Below are positions 49,888 through 59,042 of a stretch of 64,000 nt of DNA, one piece after another. The notes under the pieces are model-generated. The model was not told the origin of the DNA. It ran no database searches and saw nothing but the letters and a program-made list of their open reading frames with translations. The DNA is from an uncultured bacterium. GTDB lineage: Bacteria > Krumholzibacteriota > Krumholzibacteriia > LZORAL124-64-63. Location: positions 1,632,001-1,696,000 of the forward strand of contig CAVSGO010000007.1 in NCBI GenBank assembly GCA_963727525.1, given 5' to 3'. A program made the translations under genes and the position numbers. Each line of letters starts with the position of its first letter. The stretch's first letter is position 1.

Positions 49888-52800
49888 CGCATGACCACCA
49901 GCCGCTGCATGTCGCTGCGGGCGTTGCCGGCCGCACCATCCACCTGCACCCGGTACAGATATACGCCATTGGCCAGTCGATCACCCTCGCTGTCGCGCCC
50001 ATCCCACGGCACCACGACCTCGGCCCCCGCGCCCACCGGGAACGCCAAATCCACGATCTGGCGGCCGGCCACGGTGTACACCAGCAGCCGACCCTGGCCG
50101 CCACCCAGGTTGGTGCGGAACAGGATACTGGTCGTATCGCGCATCGGATTCGGATAGTTGATCAGCTCCCCGATCGTGACCTCGCCGCCGGTGCCCTCGC
50201 CGGCCTCGAGTACATAGCTCGTGGCGTAGCCATCGATCGTCACGACCACGCTGCGGGGCGGCGCATGCCCCGCGATCGCGTCGGCCGTGAACGACAGGTT
50301 CACGTCCGTACTCTTGGCGATCTGCACCTGCACGTCGCTGAGCACGAGTCCGTCGCCCGTCACCGAGATCTGGCTCTGGTCCGTGAGGTTGGCCGCCGTC
50401 GTCAGCGTGGCATTGATGGCGACGGGCGTCAGAGGCGCAAAGATGAACGTCGCCGGATCGATCACGTCGCCGCTCGCCACGCTCATGAACTCCGCCGTCT
50501 GCGGCACGTGGAAGGTGTAGATCACGTGATCGTCGGTGGGCAGCCGATCGGCCGTGTCGCGCACGTGCACGAAGATGTCGTGCTCGAACGGCCGCACGGG
50601 CAGCGTCAGCTCGTATTGCACGATCTGCCGGTTCGGCACGTCGGGGCTCGTCTGCTGCACCACCGAGCCGGTGAGATCGGCGCCCGTGGAGTCGAGCACC
50701 TGCACACCCGCGATGCCTGCCTCGTCCCGCGCCTCGAGTGTCACGGTGCGGGTGTTCGAGGCATCGGTGGCCACCAGCTCGGTCTCCAGTTCGAGGTGCT
50801 CGCCGCCCAGCGTCGCCTCCACGTACGGCGCCCCGCAGTCGAGCACCATGAGCGGATCACCCAGCAGCGTGTACTGCGAGACCATGGCGCGATATGTGAA
50901 GCTGTTCACGCTCGCCAGCGCATCGGCCTCCGACGCCCACATCAGCTCGCCCAGCACCCAGCGAGACGCCGCCGGCTCGCCATGCACGCTCACCGTCGGC
51001 GGCCGGATCATCCACCGGTTGAGCGTCCACTCGCTGAACTCCTCGTTCGGCCCCAGGTACTCGTAACCCGAGCTCCCGTAGGCGGCATAGGCCCCCGCCG
51101 CCGTGAAACCGAGGAACTTCTCGCAAAGGGAACCCTGAATCGGCGTGTCCGACACTTCCTCATCGACGGCCTGGGCGAAGTCCGCGAGGTGGCAGCCCAT
51201 CCCGAAGTACATCCACGGCTTGCCGAAATTGGTGAGATCGCCCACGTCCGTACGCGAGGCATCGCCGCGGCGATCGTCCTTGAACCAGTTCTCGTGCGCC
51301 ATGAGGAACATGTTGCCGTGGCCCTGGTAGTGCGCGATCAGGCCGCCCGCGCTGAGCGACGTCTTCAGCGGCACGACCGCGGACTGTTCGCAGTGACGAA
51401 TCCCTGCCGACCACAAGTAGTCACCGTTGTCCCAGGGCACCGGGTAGAGGTCTTGCATGAACGCACGCAGCATGAGCGTGTCGGCGACGAGCGGTACCAT
51501 ACCGCCGTTGTTGCGCCAGTAATTCGCCAGGCTGTCGCGCTCGCTGATCTCGAACTGCAGCTCGTTGGGCTGGTAAGACTCCCGGAACCCCGAGTCGCCG
51601 TAGTTGCCGAGCGAGAAGCAGTCGTCGGCGAAGAACAGCGCCCGCTTCTTCCACGTCTCGCCGGCCACGTTCGCTTCGGCCTGGAAGGTCTTGTCGATCA
51701 TGGTGTTGAGCTGCGTGACCGAGTCGCAGGGGAACCGGCCCACATAGAGCTCGAACGGCGTCGTCACACCCGACGGGAAGTTGGCATCGGTGGCGTTCGG
51801 GTAGGCGTACCATTTATCGGACGCGAGCACCTCCGGCTTGTAGAGAACGCCGGCGTCCTGCACGTGATGATGGGTCGGCACGTAGTCGGTCGCATAGGGA
51901 CGCCCAGCCGCGGTCACGCCCAGCTCCCGGGCATTCTCGTTGGCGTCGCCGATCAGCATCATCGCGTACGTGAGCCAGCGCGGACTTTCCAGAGCGTGGT
52001 TCGCCAGCCGCTTGATCGCCCACGCGTTCTTGAGGCCGCCGCTGTACCAGTCGTAGACGTCCTGCGGTGCAACGACCTGGATGGTCAGCCCCTCGACGCC
52101 GGCCCGTTCTTCCCGGTGATCGATCCAGCGCTGGGCTGCCTCGCGGAACTTCGGATGGACGACCACCACGAGGCCGGCCGTGCTCTCCGCGAGCTGGGTG
52201 GGGATCACCGGGTCGGTCACCGCCACCGCCGTGCTATAGCTGATGTCCGCGACACCGCCGGCGTCGGTGCCGGTCACGGCGTAATATTTACGCCGGCCGC
52301 TAGTCTGATCGATCTGTATTGACAGCCGCGTCTGACTTCCATCGGCCACGAGATTGCTGCGGGTGAGGCTGATCTCCGCGGGCTGGCGGGGTTCGGTCAC
52401 GTCCAGGAGCGTGATGGCATCGGTCGCAAATCCGGTCACCTCCACATCATTCACGGCCGCCGGTTCGCCACCATCGAAGAGCAGACGACCACCGGGTGCG
52501 ACGTAGGCCGCATCGTATGCGAGTTCCACATATGCCAGGTACGCCGACAGGGATCCCGATGGATTCCGGGTGATGCGCAGCTTGAGCGACGTCTCGCTCA
52601 GGGCAGCCGGCGGTATCGCCATCGTCACGGGCGTCACGTAGTTGGACGTCGCCGTGTAGCTGGGCAAAGCGTAGTCCGTGGACGCGCCTCGCAGCATGAA
52701 ATCCAGTACCCGATCCGACGTCGCGTACGTGGCCACGCCGGACGTGAGCGTGGCGCCGGTCTGCCCCGCGATCGGAGACCACAGATTCATCGTCACGTCG

Positions 52801-54260
52801 ACCAGATCGGCGACGTTCGTGTTGTAGTAGCCACGCACGGTCGTGATGGACGGAACGAATTCGCGATAGGCCTGTGCTTCCTGGAGATGATCCGTGCGGC
52901 GGTACGAGGCCAGGGGATTGCCGCCCGACGGCGGCAGGCTGGTCGTCGCCATGCGGGCCCAGGATCCGCCCGCATCCGGATCGGCGAGCTGGAGCCAGTA
53001 GACGTTGAAGTTGTTGCTCGCCTCGAGAGGGTCGCCGCAGTCGGCGAGCGGGTAGGTCGTGCCGCCGACGGTGTAGTTGAAGGCGCCGTCGTCGCGCAAG
53101 CGCAGCCCCCAGAACAGGAAGTAGTCGTCGTTCTCGAAAGCGCCGCCGTCGCCCACCATGAGGATGGGCACCTCCACCTCCACGTAGGGCGCCGCCGTGT
53201 CGCTGGCCGGGTCGTCGAGGTCGGCCACGTAGCGGCGCTGGTACAGCCGGACCTGGCTCTCCTGGATCGGGTCGCTGGGCAACAGGCCACTGCTGCGCAT
53301 GTCGCTCGCCCGCACGCGGTAGAGCTGCGTGCGCGGCACCGGCAGGCGCACCTCGGGATAGCCCAGGGGCGTGCCCTTCGCGCCGCCGCGCAGGGCCTTC
53401 AGGCCGCTCGGCACGTCGCCGGCCCTCGCCCCGGCGCCGCGAGCCGCCGCTTCCGTGGGCCACGACGCGAGTTGCCCGCCGTTGAGGAACATGTAGGAAA
53501 ACCGGTCGTCGCCGCGCGTGGTGAGCTTGCGCTTCGCCGCGTCGGGCAACGCGGCCTTTGCCACAGCGGGATCGGGCTCGAAGCGGACGCGCCAGGTGCC
53601 ACCGGTCAACACGCGCGTGGCGTGCCCGGACGCGTCCACCTGGACCGGCTGGATCACGTAGGACACCACGCGATGGCCGCGCCACCAGCCGATCTCGCCG
53701 AGACTCACGGCGGCGCCGCTGGCGGGCGCGGTCTTGGCGGCCGCCTCCAGATCCGCGCGCACCGTCGCCGGCAGTGTGTCCACATCGATCGCCTTGCCCG
53801 GGCCGGGCAGCTCCTCGCTCGCGAAAACGTCCTCGGAGTCGGGATCGCCCTCGAGCCGCGGGATCGGTTCCAGCGCCAGTGCGTGGGCCGGAGCCGGCGT
53901 CCACGATTCCTGCACCGCCTCGAGCCGGGGCGTCGTACCAGGCGGCAGCACGAGCCAACCCCCGCGCCGGGGCGTCTTCTCCTCGCCCGGCAAGCCCGCG
54001 TCCATGAAGCCCGCCAGGCCGGCCGCCCAGCCGGGCTGGCCATCCCGCGCGGGTCCGGCCGGATGCCAGATCGCCGCGGGAAGCGTCAGGCTGAACTGCA
54101 CGGCGTCACGCGTGCTCACACCCACCGCGGGATCACCCGTGGGGCCGGCGATGGCAACAGCAGCGGCGACGGCGATGAGGGTCAGAAAGGCGCTGCGGAA
54201 AGCTAGACCGATCCACAGCCGCGTCGGGTTGGGGCGGACGGGCATGATCGCGTGCTCCAT
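49884..54260 (-). CDS. Large C25-family cysteine peptidase (PorU/gingipain-like) with C-terminal FlgD-Ig sorting domain
   Basis: Signal peptide; VYDWYSGG, LIGDA, SDKWY, VGRFPC, YQGHG (His), MGC (Cys), YTLLGDP; NYPNP..VYTVAGR..WDGRD..LANGVYLY tail. Confidence 0.85.
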   Translation of the reverse strand: MEHAIMPVRPNPTRLWIGLAFRSAFLTLIAVAAAVAIAGPTGDPAVGVSTRDAVQFSLTLPAAIWHPAGPARDGQPGWAAGLAGFMDAGLPGEEKTPRRGGWLVLPPGTTPRLEAVQESWTPAPAHALALEPIPRLEGDPDSEDVFASEELPGPGKAIDVDTLPATVRADLEAAAKTAPASGAAVSLGEIGWWRGHRVVSYVIQPVQVDASGHATRVLTGGTWRVRFEPDPAVAKAALPDAAKRKLTTRGDDRFSYMFLNGGQLASWPTEAAARGAGARAGDVPSGLKALRGGAKGTPLGYPEVRLPVPRTQLYRVRASDMRSSGLLPSDPIQESQVRLYQRRYVADLDDPASDTAAPYVEVEVPILMVGDGGAFENDDYFLFWGLRLRDDGAFNYTVGGTTYPLADCGDPLEASNNFNVYWLQLADPDAGGSWARMATTSLPPSGGNPLASYRRTDHLQEAQAYREFVPSITTVRGYYNTNVADLVDVTMNLWSPIAGQTGATLTSGVATYATSDRVLDFMLRGASTDYALPSYTATSNYVTPVTMAIPPAALSETSLKLRITRNPSGSLSAYLAYVELAYDAAYVAPGGRLLFDGGEPAAVNDVEVTGFATDAITLLDVTEPRQPAEISLTRSNLVADGSQTRLSIQIDQTSGRRKYYAVTGTDAGGVADISYSTAVAVTDPVIPTQLAESTAGLVVVVHPKFREAAQRWIDHREERAGVEGLTIQVVAPQDVYDWYSGGLKNAWAIKRLANHALESPRWLTYAMMLIGDANENARELGVTAAGRPYATDYVPTHHHVQDAGVLYKPEVLASDKWYAYPNATDANFPSGVTTPFELYVGRFPCDSVTQLNTMIDKTFQAEANVAGETWKKRALFFADDCFSLGNYGDSGFRESYQPNELQFEISERDSLANYWRNNGGMVPLVADTLMLRAFMQDLYPVPWDNGDYLWSAGIRHCEQSAVVPLKTSLSAGGLIAHYQGHGNMFLMAHENWFKDDRRGDASRTDVGDLTNFGKPWMYFGMGCHLADFAQAVDEEVSDTPIQGSLCEKFLGFTAAGAYAAYGSSGYEYLGPNEEFSEWTLNRWMIRPPTVSVHGEPAASRWVLGELMWASEADALASVNSFTYRAMVSQYTLLGDPLMVLDCGAPYVEATLGGEHLELETELVATDASNTRTVTLEARDEAGIAGVQVLDSTGADLTGSVVQQTSPDVPNRQIVQYELTLPVRPFEHDIFVHVRDTADRLPTDDHVIYTFHVPQTAEFMSVASGDVIDPATFIFAPLTPVAINATLTTAANLTDQSQISVTGDGLVLSDVQVQIAKSTDVNLSFTADAIAGHAPPRSVVVTIDGYATSYVLEAGEGTGGEVTIGELINYPNPMRDTTSILFRTNLGGGQGRLLVYTVAGRQIVDLAFPVGAGAEVVVPWDGRDSEGDRLANGVYLYRVQVDGAAGNARSDMQRLVVMR

Positions 54261-54313
54261 TCCAGGGGCGGTACGGTCGACCAGGGGTGGGAACGAGTCG
54301 TAACCTGGCCTTC

Positions 54314-54342
54314 ATTATACCCATGGCCCGGCCCGTGGTCAA
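54314..54342 (-). promoter_or_regulatory. Sigma70 promoter for C25-spoIID-nagZ operon
   Basis: TTGACC-N17-TATAAT. Confidence 0.7.
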
Positions 54343-54366
54343 ATTCCCGCGACGGGCACCAGAGGC

Positions 54367-54397
54367 AAAAAAAAGGCGGGGCCGTGGCCCCGCCTTC
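54367..54397 (-). terminator. Rho-independent terminator
   Basis: AAGGCGGGGCC/GGCCCCGCCTT hairpin running into a U8 tract on minus strand. Confidence 0.85.
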
Positions 54398-54413
54398 ATC
54401 CGTAACGCAGAAA

Positions 54414-55055
54414 CTACTGGAAGAGCGCCTTCACGGAGCCCCAGGTCGCCGGCTCGGTGGCCACTTCCTCGTTGAAGCCGAACACCGGATTCGCCAGGAG
54501 CCCGTCCACGCTGTTCGGACGCATCGGACGGATGTCGCCCGGATTGGCGCGGTCGTTGTATGCAATCTCGCCGGGGAGGGAGGCCGGGGTCGCCGGGCCC
54601 AGGAAGATCTCGGTGACGCCCGGATCCGCTGAGAAGAGCAGCTGGAACGTCACGATCGTCTTGTGATCCTCGCCGTTGAACGGCAGGCCGTTTCCAAAAC
54701 CGACGATCTGATTGTAGTTGTCGCCGATGTTCAGCGCACCAGTCCCGGCAGGATAGGTCGCGCCAAGCACGAACGGAGCCACGGCCGGGGCCGGCGCGAA
54801 GGACCAGCTGAACTCGAAGCCGCCGATGATTCCGGACGAGACGCGCGGGTAGTAGAGGACGAAGTAGATGGTCTGTGGCGCGTTGAGAGGCAGCGGGTTG
54901 ATCACGTTATTCGCGGAAGGAATATCCTCGGACGAGAAGATACATAAGACCGCGTCGGTCCCGTTGTCGACGGGAGGCTCGATCGCCAGCCCCACGGACG
55001 GAATGATGAGGGCCAGGACGGCGAGCGAGGCGAGTGCTGTTAACAACCTACGCAT
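54414..55055 (-). CDS. Secreted beta-rich protein with C-terminal TWGSVKALF motif
   Basis: Signal peptide MRRLLTALASLAVLALIIPSVGLA; paralog of 55474-56094. Confidence 0.8.
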   Translation of the reverse strand: MRRLLTALASLAVLALIIPSVGLAIEPPVDNGTDAVLCIFSSEDIPSANNVINPLPLNAPQTIYFVLYYPRVSSGIIGGFEFSWSFAPAPAVAPFVLGATYPAGTGALNIGDNYNQIVGFGNGLPFNGEDHKTIVTFQLLFSADPGVTEIFLGPATPASLPGEIAYNDRANPGDIRPMRPNSVDGLLANPVFGFNEEVATEPATWGSVKALFQ

Positions 55056-55278
55056 TGGTTCTTCCCCTTTCCCAAAGGCTAGATGGACTGCCCAGGATCG
55101 CATACCCAAGCGCCGACTCTCGATGTTTGGGTCCTTAGCCGCAGGCCAGGTCAGGCCACTCTTCGTCTATGCTGCTTGGAGGCACGGGCCTCGATCGCTC
55201 CGTCGTACAAGCAGCCGTATCCTGGGCTGAGGTCTAGCCGACCGGAGTGCGACGCAACCTACCGGTCATCTCGCGATG

Positions 55279-55307
55279 AATATCTCTGTAAAGAACAGGC
55301 GTGTCAA
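55279..55307 (-). promoter_or_regulatory. Putative sigma70 promoter giving a ~215-nt leader
   Basis: TTGACA-N17-GATATT. Confidence 0.55.
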
Positions 55308-55404
55308 GGGGACATCCCCCTATCAGGCGGAATTAAACATGGCCGTAACTCGATGTCGGCGCCCTGATTTCGGCCGCCACTCCATGGTCGCCGATCGCGA
55401 CCAG

Positions 55405-55442
55405 GAAAAGAGAAGCCCCGGACATCGGTGATGTCCGGGGCC
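55405..55442 (-). terminator. Rho-independent terminator
   Basis: CCCCGGACATC/GATGTCCGGGG hairpin followed by pyrimidine/U-rich tract on minus strand. Confidence 0.7.
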
Positions 55443-55473
55443 TGGCCCGAAGGCCCGAAGCAGGAGCGAAGAC

Positions 55474-56094
55474 CTAGTTGAACAGAGCCTTCACGGTGCT
55501 CCAGTTGGTCGGCTCGGAGGCCACGGGGCCCGGGCAGCCGATACGGCCGAGGGAGGAGACCCAGCCGTTGGGATCGATCGTGACGTCGGTACCGTCGAGC
55601 GTCGCGAAATTCATCGGCTGAATGTCGCCAGGATCCGCGCCGTCGTTGAACGCGCAGTGGTTCGGGATCGACGCCGGCTGGGCCGGGCCGACCGTGATGT
55701 CCGTGTTGTCGAACACGGAGGTCGGGAGCATGTTCAGGGTCACCAGGACGCAAGCCTCGCCCGTGCTATACGGGGTGCCGAGACCGACGATGAACATGTG
55801 GCTGTCGCCAAGATTCAGCGCCTGGGGCGGCAACGTGGTCGTCAGAATGAACGGAGCGGTCGCGGGCTCGGGATTGAAGCGCCACTGGAACTCGAAGCCA
55901 CCGATCGTGGCAAACTGGCAGTTCGCGAGCACGAAGTACATGTTGAACGGCGTGTTTGCCACCAGGTCGACACAGGTCCCCTCGTAGGCCTGGTCGAAGT
56001 AGCAACCAAGGCTGTCGTCTCCATCGTCCACGATCGCGAAGGCCGAGGTCGCCATCAGGCTAGCCACGGCGAGTAGGATAACAAACTTCTTCAT
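55474..56094 (-). CDS. Secreted beta-rich protein with C-terminal NWSTVKALF motif
   Basis: Signal peptide MKKFVILLAVASLMATSAFA, GGAGG RBS; paralog of 54414-55055. Confidence 0.82.
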   Translation of the reverse strand: MKKFVILLAVASLMATSAFAIVDDGDDSLGCYFDQAYEGTCVDLVANTPFNMYFVLANCQFATIGGFEFQWRFNPEPATAPFILTTTLPPQALNLGDSHMFIVGLGTPYSTGEACVLVTLNMLPTSVFDNTDITVGPAQPASIPNHCAFNDGADPGDIQPMNFATLDGTDVTIDPNGWVSSLGRIGCPGPVASEPTNWSTVKALFN

Positions 56095-56300
56095 GCGAGA
56101 TACCTCCAATAGGTGCAGACCCAAACTTCGCGCGGCATCGTCGTGCTCTGCTCATCCGGGCCCTGATCTCGCCAGCACGCTACCTAACTATAGCGTTCTG
56201 GCCTCTCGGTCACTCCTGGAACCGCCCGTGGGAAATCCCTCGTGCGCTGGAAAAGGGTACCGTCCCTGAAAGGGCTGGACGAGTCCCAGTGCGTGCATTG

Positions 56301-56329
56301 ATTGTACACCATTTTTTTGTGGATTTGAA
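56301..56329 (-). promoter_or_regulatory. Putative sigma70 promoter in AT-rich patch
   Basis: TTCAAA-N17-TACAAT. Confidence 0.45.
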
Positions 56330-56599
56330 GCCCTTTTCTTTGAGAAAAATACAGGCTTCCGACCGGACCTCGAAAAGGATAAGCGATTCCAAGGAAATAG
56401 CCCGCCAGCACACGAATATTTTACGTGACCGCACCCGGAGCCGACCGCGCGGCAGGGTTCGCATTGAGCCAGTCTCTCCGGAACACCCATCTTGGCCTCA
56501 CGTGGAGCTCTGGCGCTCGAGAATTGTCAGAGTCAATCATGATCATTCCCGATCGATTCCATCCCCCACGACGCCCGCCGTACGCGAGTTCCGGCCCTG

Positions 56600-56636
56600 A
56601 AAAAACGCTGCCCCGCCGATGTTCATCGGCGGGGCA
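56600..56636 (-). terminator. Rho-independent terminator
   Basis: TGCCCCGCCGAT/ATCGGCGGGGCA hairpin followed by U6 on minus strand. Confidence 0.8.
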
Positions 56637-56706
56637 ACTTTCCAGCGCACTCGAAGATCGTCAAGCCCTGTCGTGACGGCACATCACGCCGGGCTTGCCT
56701 TTCTCC

Positions 56707-57336
56707 TTACGGGCACATCGTACCGTTGCCGAACGCCATCAGGGTGATGTCACCCAGGTTGATGACGCCGTCGTAGTAGAAGTCGCCGTCGAAAGCATTC
56801 GGGCTGTTGTTGTACAGATCGGCGAAAAGCGTGACGTCGCCAAGGTTGACGGTCAGGCTTCCGTCGATATCAGCGCTGTTGAAGAGGATGTTCATGCCCG
56901 GGTGGTTCAGCGGGGAACCAGCCACGTACACGTTCACCGTCTCGCCACCGCTGTTGCCGCCGGCGAACAGCGGGTTCTGCCACTGGGTCAAACCAGCAGC
57001 ATCCGTGCTCGCATCCGCGGCTGTCCCGTTGGCACAGGCGACCAGGCCGTTGGCACTGGTCTGCAGCCAGAGGTCCTCGAACGGGTACAGAGCGATCGGA
57101 TCGCCGTTGGAATCGAGCAGCGTCAGATGAATGGTCGCGTCGACGGTATTGCCACTGCCGTCCTTCGCCAGGTCGAAGCTGTTGCCCTGACCGTTGGGAA
57201 GGCAGAACACCGACGCGCCCGACGCGCCGGCCGTGGCCGACGAAAGCGTCAGGTCAGGAATGCCGGCCCAGGCCATGGACGCCATGCTGACAACAAGGAC
57301 GCCGAGCAAGAAACCCGTGAGTTTCTTAAGATGCAT
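56707..57336 (-). CDS. Secreted protein with Ig-like domain and C-terminal dockerin/EF-hand-like pair
   Basis: Signal peptide; DIDGSLTVNLGD and DFYYDGVINLGD duplicated Ca-loop-like motifs; GGAGG RBS. Confidence 0.75.
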   Translation of the reverse strand: MHLKKLTGFLLGVLVVSMASMAWAGIPDLTLSSATAGASGASVFCLPNGQGNSFDLAKDGSGNTVDATIHLTLLDSNGDPIALYPFEDLWLQTSANGLVACANGTAADASTDAAGLTQWQNPLFAGGNSGGETVNVYVAGSPLNHPGMNILFNSADIDGSLTVNLGDVTLFADLYNNSPNAFDGDFYYDGVINLGDITLMAFGNGTMCP

Positions 57337-57451
57337 TAGGACACCTCCAAAAAAGTACCGATCAAGCGAGGGTGGCTAACCCAGGCGTAGCACGTGTGAG
57401 AAATGCTTTGAGCCCTCCTTCCCACTCGTATGTCCATCACTTGACGCCATC

Positions 57452-57480
57452 AGATTACCATGTACGGCGCTGGAAGGCAA
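57452..57480 (-). promoter_or_regulatory. Putative extended -10 sigma70 promoter
   Basis: TTGCCT-N17-TAATCT with TG at the extended position. Confidence 0.5.
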
Positions 57481-57597
57481 TATCAAATTTTCCCCGCTGA
57501 CTAATTATTTGCAAATGGTTACACCATCTTGACACTTGATACGTCATGATCGCAAAATATCGATATCTGGTTTCAAAATCGAATCGCCGAGGCGGTG

Positions 57598-57674
57598 TGG
57601 TGGGCGAAGACGGACTCGAACCGCCGACCCCCTGCTTGTAAGGCAGGTGCTCTAACCAGCTGAGCTATTCGCCC
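57598..57674 (-). tRNA. tRNA-Val (UAC)
   Basis: Cloverleaf, CCTGC-CT-TAC-AA-GCAGG, CCA encoded. Confidence 0.95.
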
Positions 57675-57841
57675 ACCTTTTCTCGCGCATTGAGCCAGAG
57701 GAAGATCGGCAGTGCCAGGCAGTATCCCGCCACGAGCAAGATCGGCCCCCAGGACAGCCGTCCGGCGGCCAGCAGCAGGAATCCCAGGACGATCGCCGCC
57801 ACGCCGGCCCAGAGGAGCCAGGTCTTGCGCCAGAAATTCAT
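57665..57841 (-). CDS. Small 58-aa two-TM membrane protein (DUF3098-like); not in the ORF track
   Basis: MNFWRKTWLLWAGVAAIVLGFLLLAAGRLSWGPILLVAGYCLALPIFLWLNAREKVGE; GGAGG RBS. Confidence 0.7.
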   Translation of the reverse strand: MNFWRKTWLLWAGVAAIVLGFLLLAAGRLSWGPILLVAGYCLALPIFLWLNAREKVGE

Positions 57842-57905
57842 CGCGGTCCTCCTGTGCCCGGTAAGTCACTATACGGTGGCATGATAGCCGCCGGATCGTC
57901 GGACG

Positions 57906-59042
57906 TCAACGTTGCTGTCGGCGAAGTGCGCGGTACCGGGCCACGGCGTGACGGTGCCCTTCCAGGGTCCGGGAGAACACGTGGCCCCCGGCGCCGTCGG
58001 CCACGAAATAGAGGGCGCGGCACGTGGTATCGGGGCGAGCTGCGGCCCGGATGGACGCCCAGCCGGGGTTATCGATCGGCCCCGGCGGCAGCCCGGGCCG
58101 CAGATACGTGTTGTAGCGAGACGCGACCCGCAGATCCGAATAGAGCAGACGCTCACCGCGTTTGCCCACGCCGAAGGCCACCGTGGGATCAGCCTCCAGG
58201 CGCATGCCGCGCGCGAGGCGATTGACGTAGACGGCCGCCACCTGCGACCGTTCGCCGCTCCGGCCGGTCTCGGCCTCCACGATCGAAGCCAGCGTGAGCA
58301 GAGCATGCGCAGAGAGCGCCGCCGTCACCGGCGATGTCGGCACGAGCGCCGCAGCCGAATCGAGGCGGGCGAGTTGCAGGGAGACGACGGCGCGAGCCGC
58401 CGTCTGCGCCGCGATACCCTCGGCGAAGTGATACGTATCGGGCGCCAGGTAGCCCTCGCACCAGTGCAGAGCGGAGCCGTCGGGCAGCCGTGTCGTGTCG
58501 ATGAGCGCGGCATAGGCGCTCTCCAGTGCGCCACCGCCGGCCAGGCCGCGCGACGTCACGGCGTGCTGCACGAGATCGTCGGCCTCGGCGAGGAAGTCCG
58601 TGGCCGGAAAACCGAGGGCGTCGCCGACGAGTTGCGCCACGTCCGTCGCCACCAGGCCTTCCGGGACGGTGACGACGATCGGCATCGGCGCGGTCTCCAC
58701 GAGCGCGCGCAGCACCGCGCGTGCGGGCGCGCCGACCGGCACGAGGAAGAGCCCGGGATGGAGGTCGCGATCGCGTCCCGCCAGCCGGGCGCCCAGGCGG
58801 AACACGCGCGGATCACGGATCAGCCCCCGCGTCGCAAGAGTGTCGGCAGCACGGTGAAGAGTCATGCCGGGCAGGATGCGCACCGTGTCGATGACCGCGC
58901 CCGGCGGCGCCGGTGGCTTGGCGAGGGTCCACGCCCACCAGGCCCATGCGGCCACCACCAGTACGCCGCCGACCATGCCCCCCAGCAGTGCGGTGCCGAG
59001 GCGCCGGCCCGGGCGGCGGGGCGCAGGTGCGGCCGTCGTCAT
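57906..59042 (-). CDS. mltG: Endolytic transglycosylase MltG (YceG)
   Basis: TVPEG, EGYLAPDTY, LASIVEAET, NRL..MRLEADPT, YNTY..GLPPGPI, LYFVA. Confidence 0.93.
   Translation of the reverse strand: MTTAAPAPRRPGRRLGTALLGGMVGGVLVVAAWAWWAWTLAKPPAPPGAVIDTVRILPGMTLHRAADTLATRGLIRDPRVFRLGARLAGRDRDLHPGLFLVPVGAPARAVLRALVETAPMPIVVTVPEGLVATDVAQLVGDALGFPATDFLAEADDLVQHAVTSRGLAGGGALESAYAALIDTTRLPDGSALHWCEGYLAPDTYHFAEGIAAQTAARAVVSLQLARLDSAAALVPTSPVTAALSAHALLTLASIVEAETGRSGERSQVAAVYVNRLARGMRLEADPTVAFGVGKRGERLLYSDLRVASRYNTYLRPGLPPGPIDNPGWASIRAAARPDTTCRALYFVADGAGGHVFSRTLEGHRHAVARYRALRRQQR

Noticed and set aside
55228-55275. c-di-GMP-I riboswitch (GACGCAA..CCGGTC resemblance)
   Set aside because: Resemblance is on the strand opposite the downstream gene and lacks the GGCAAA and GAAA-loop P2 elements
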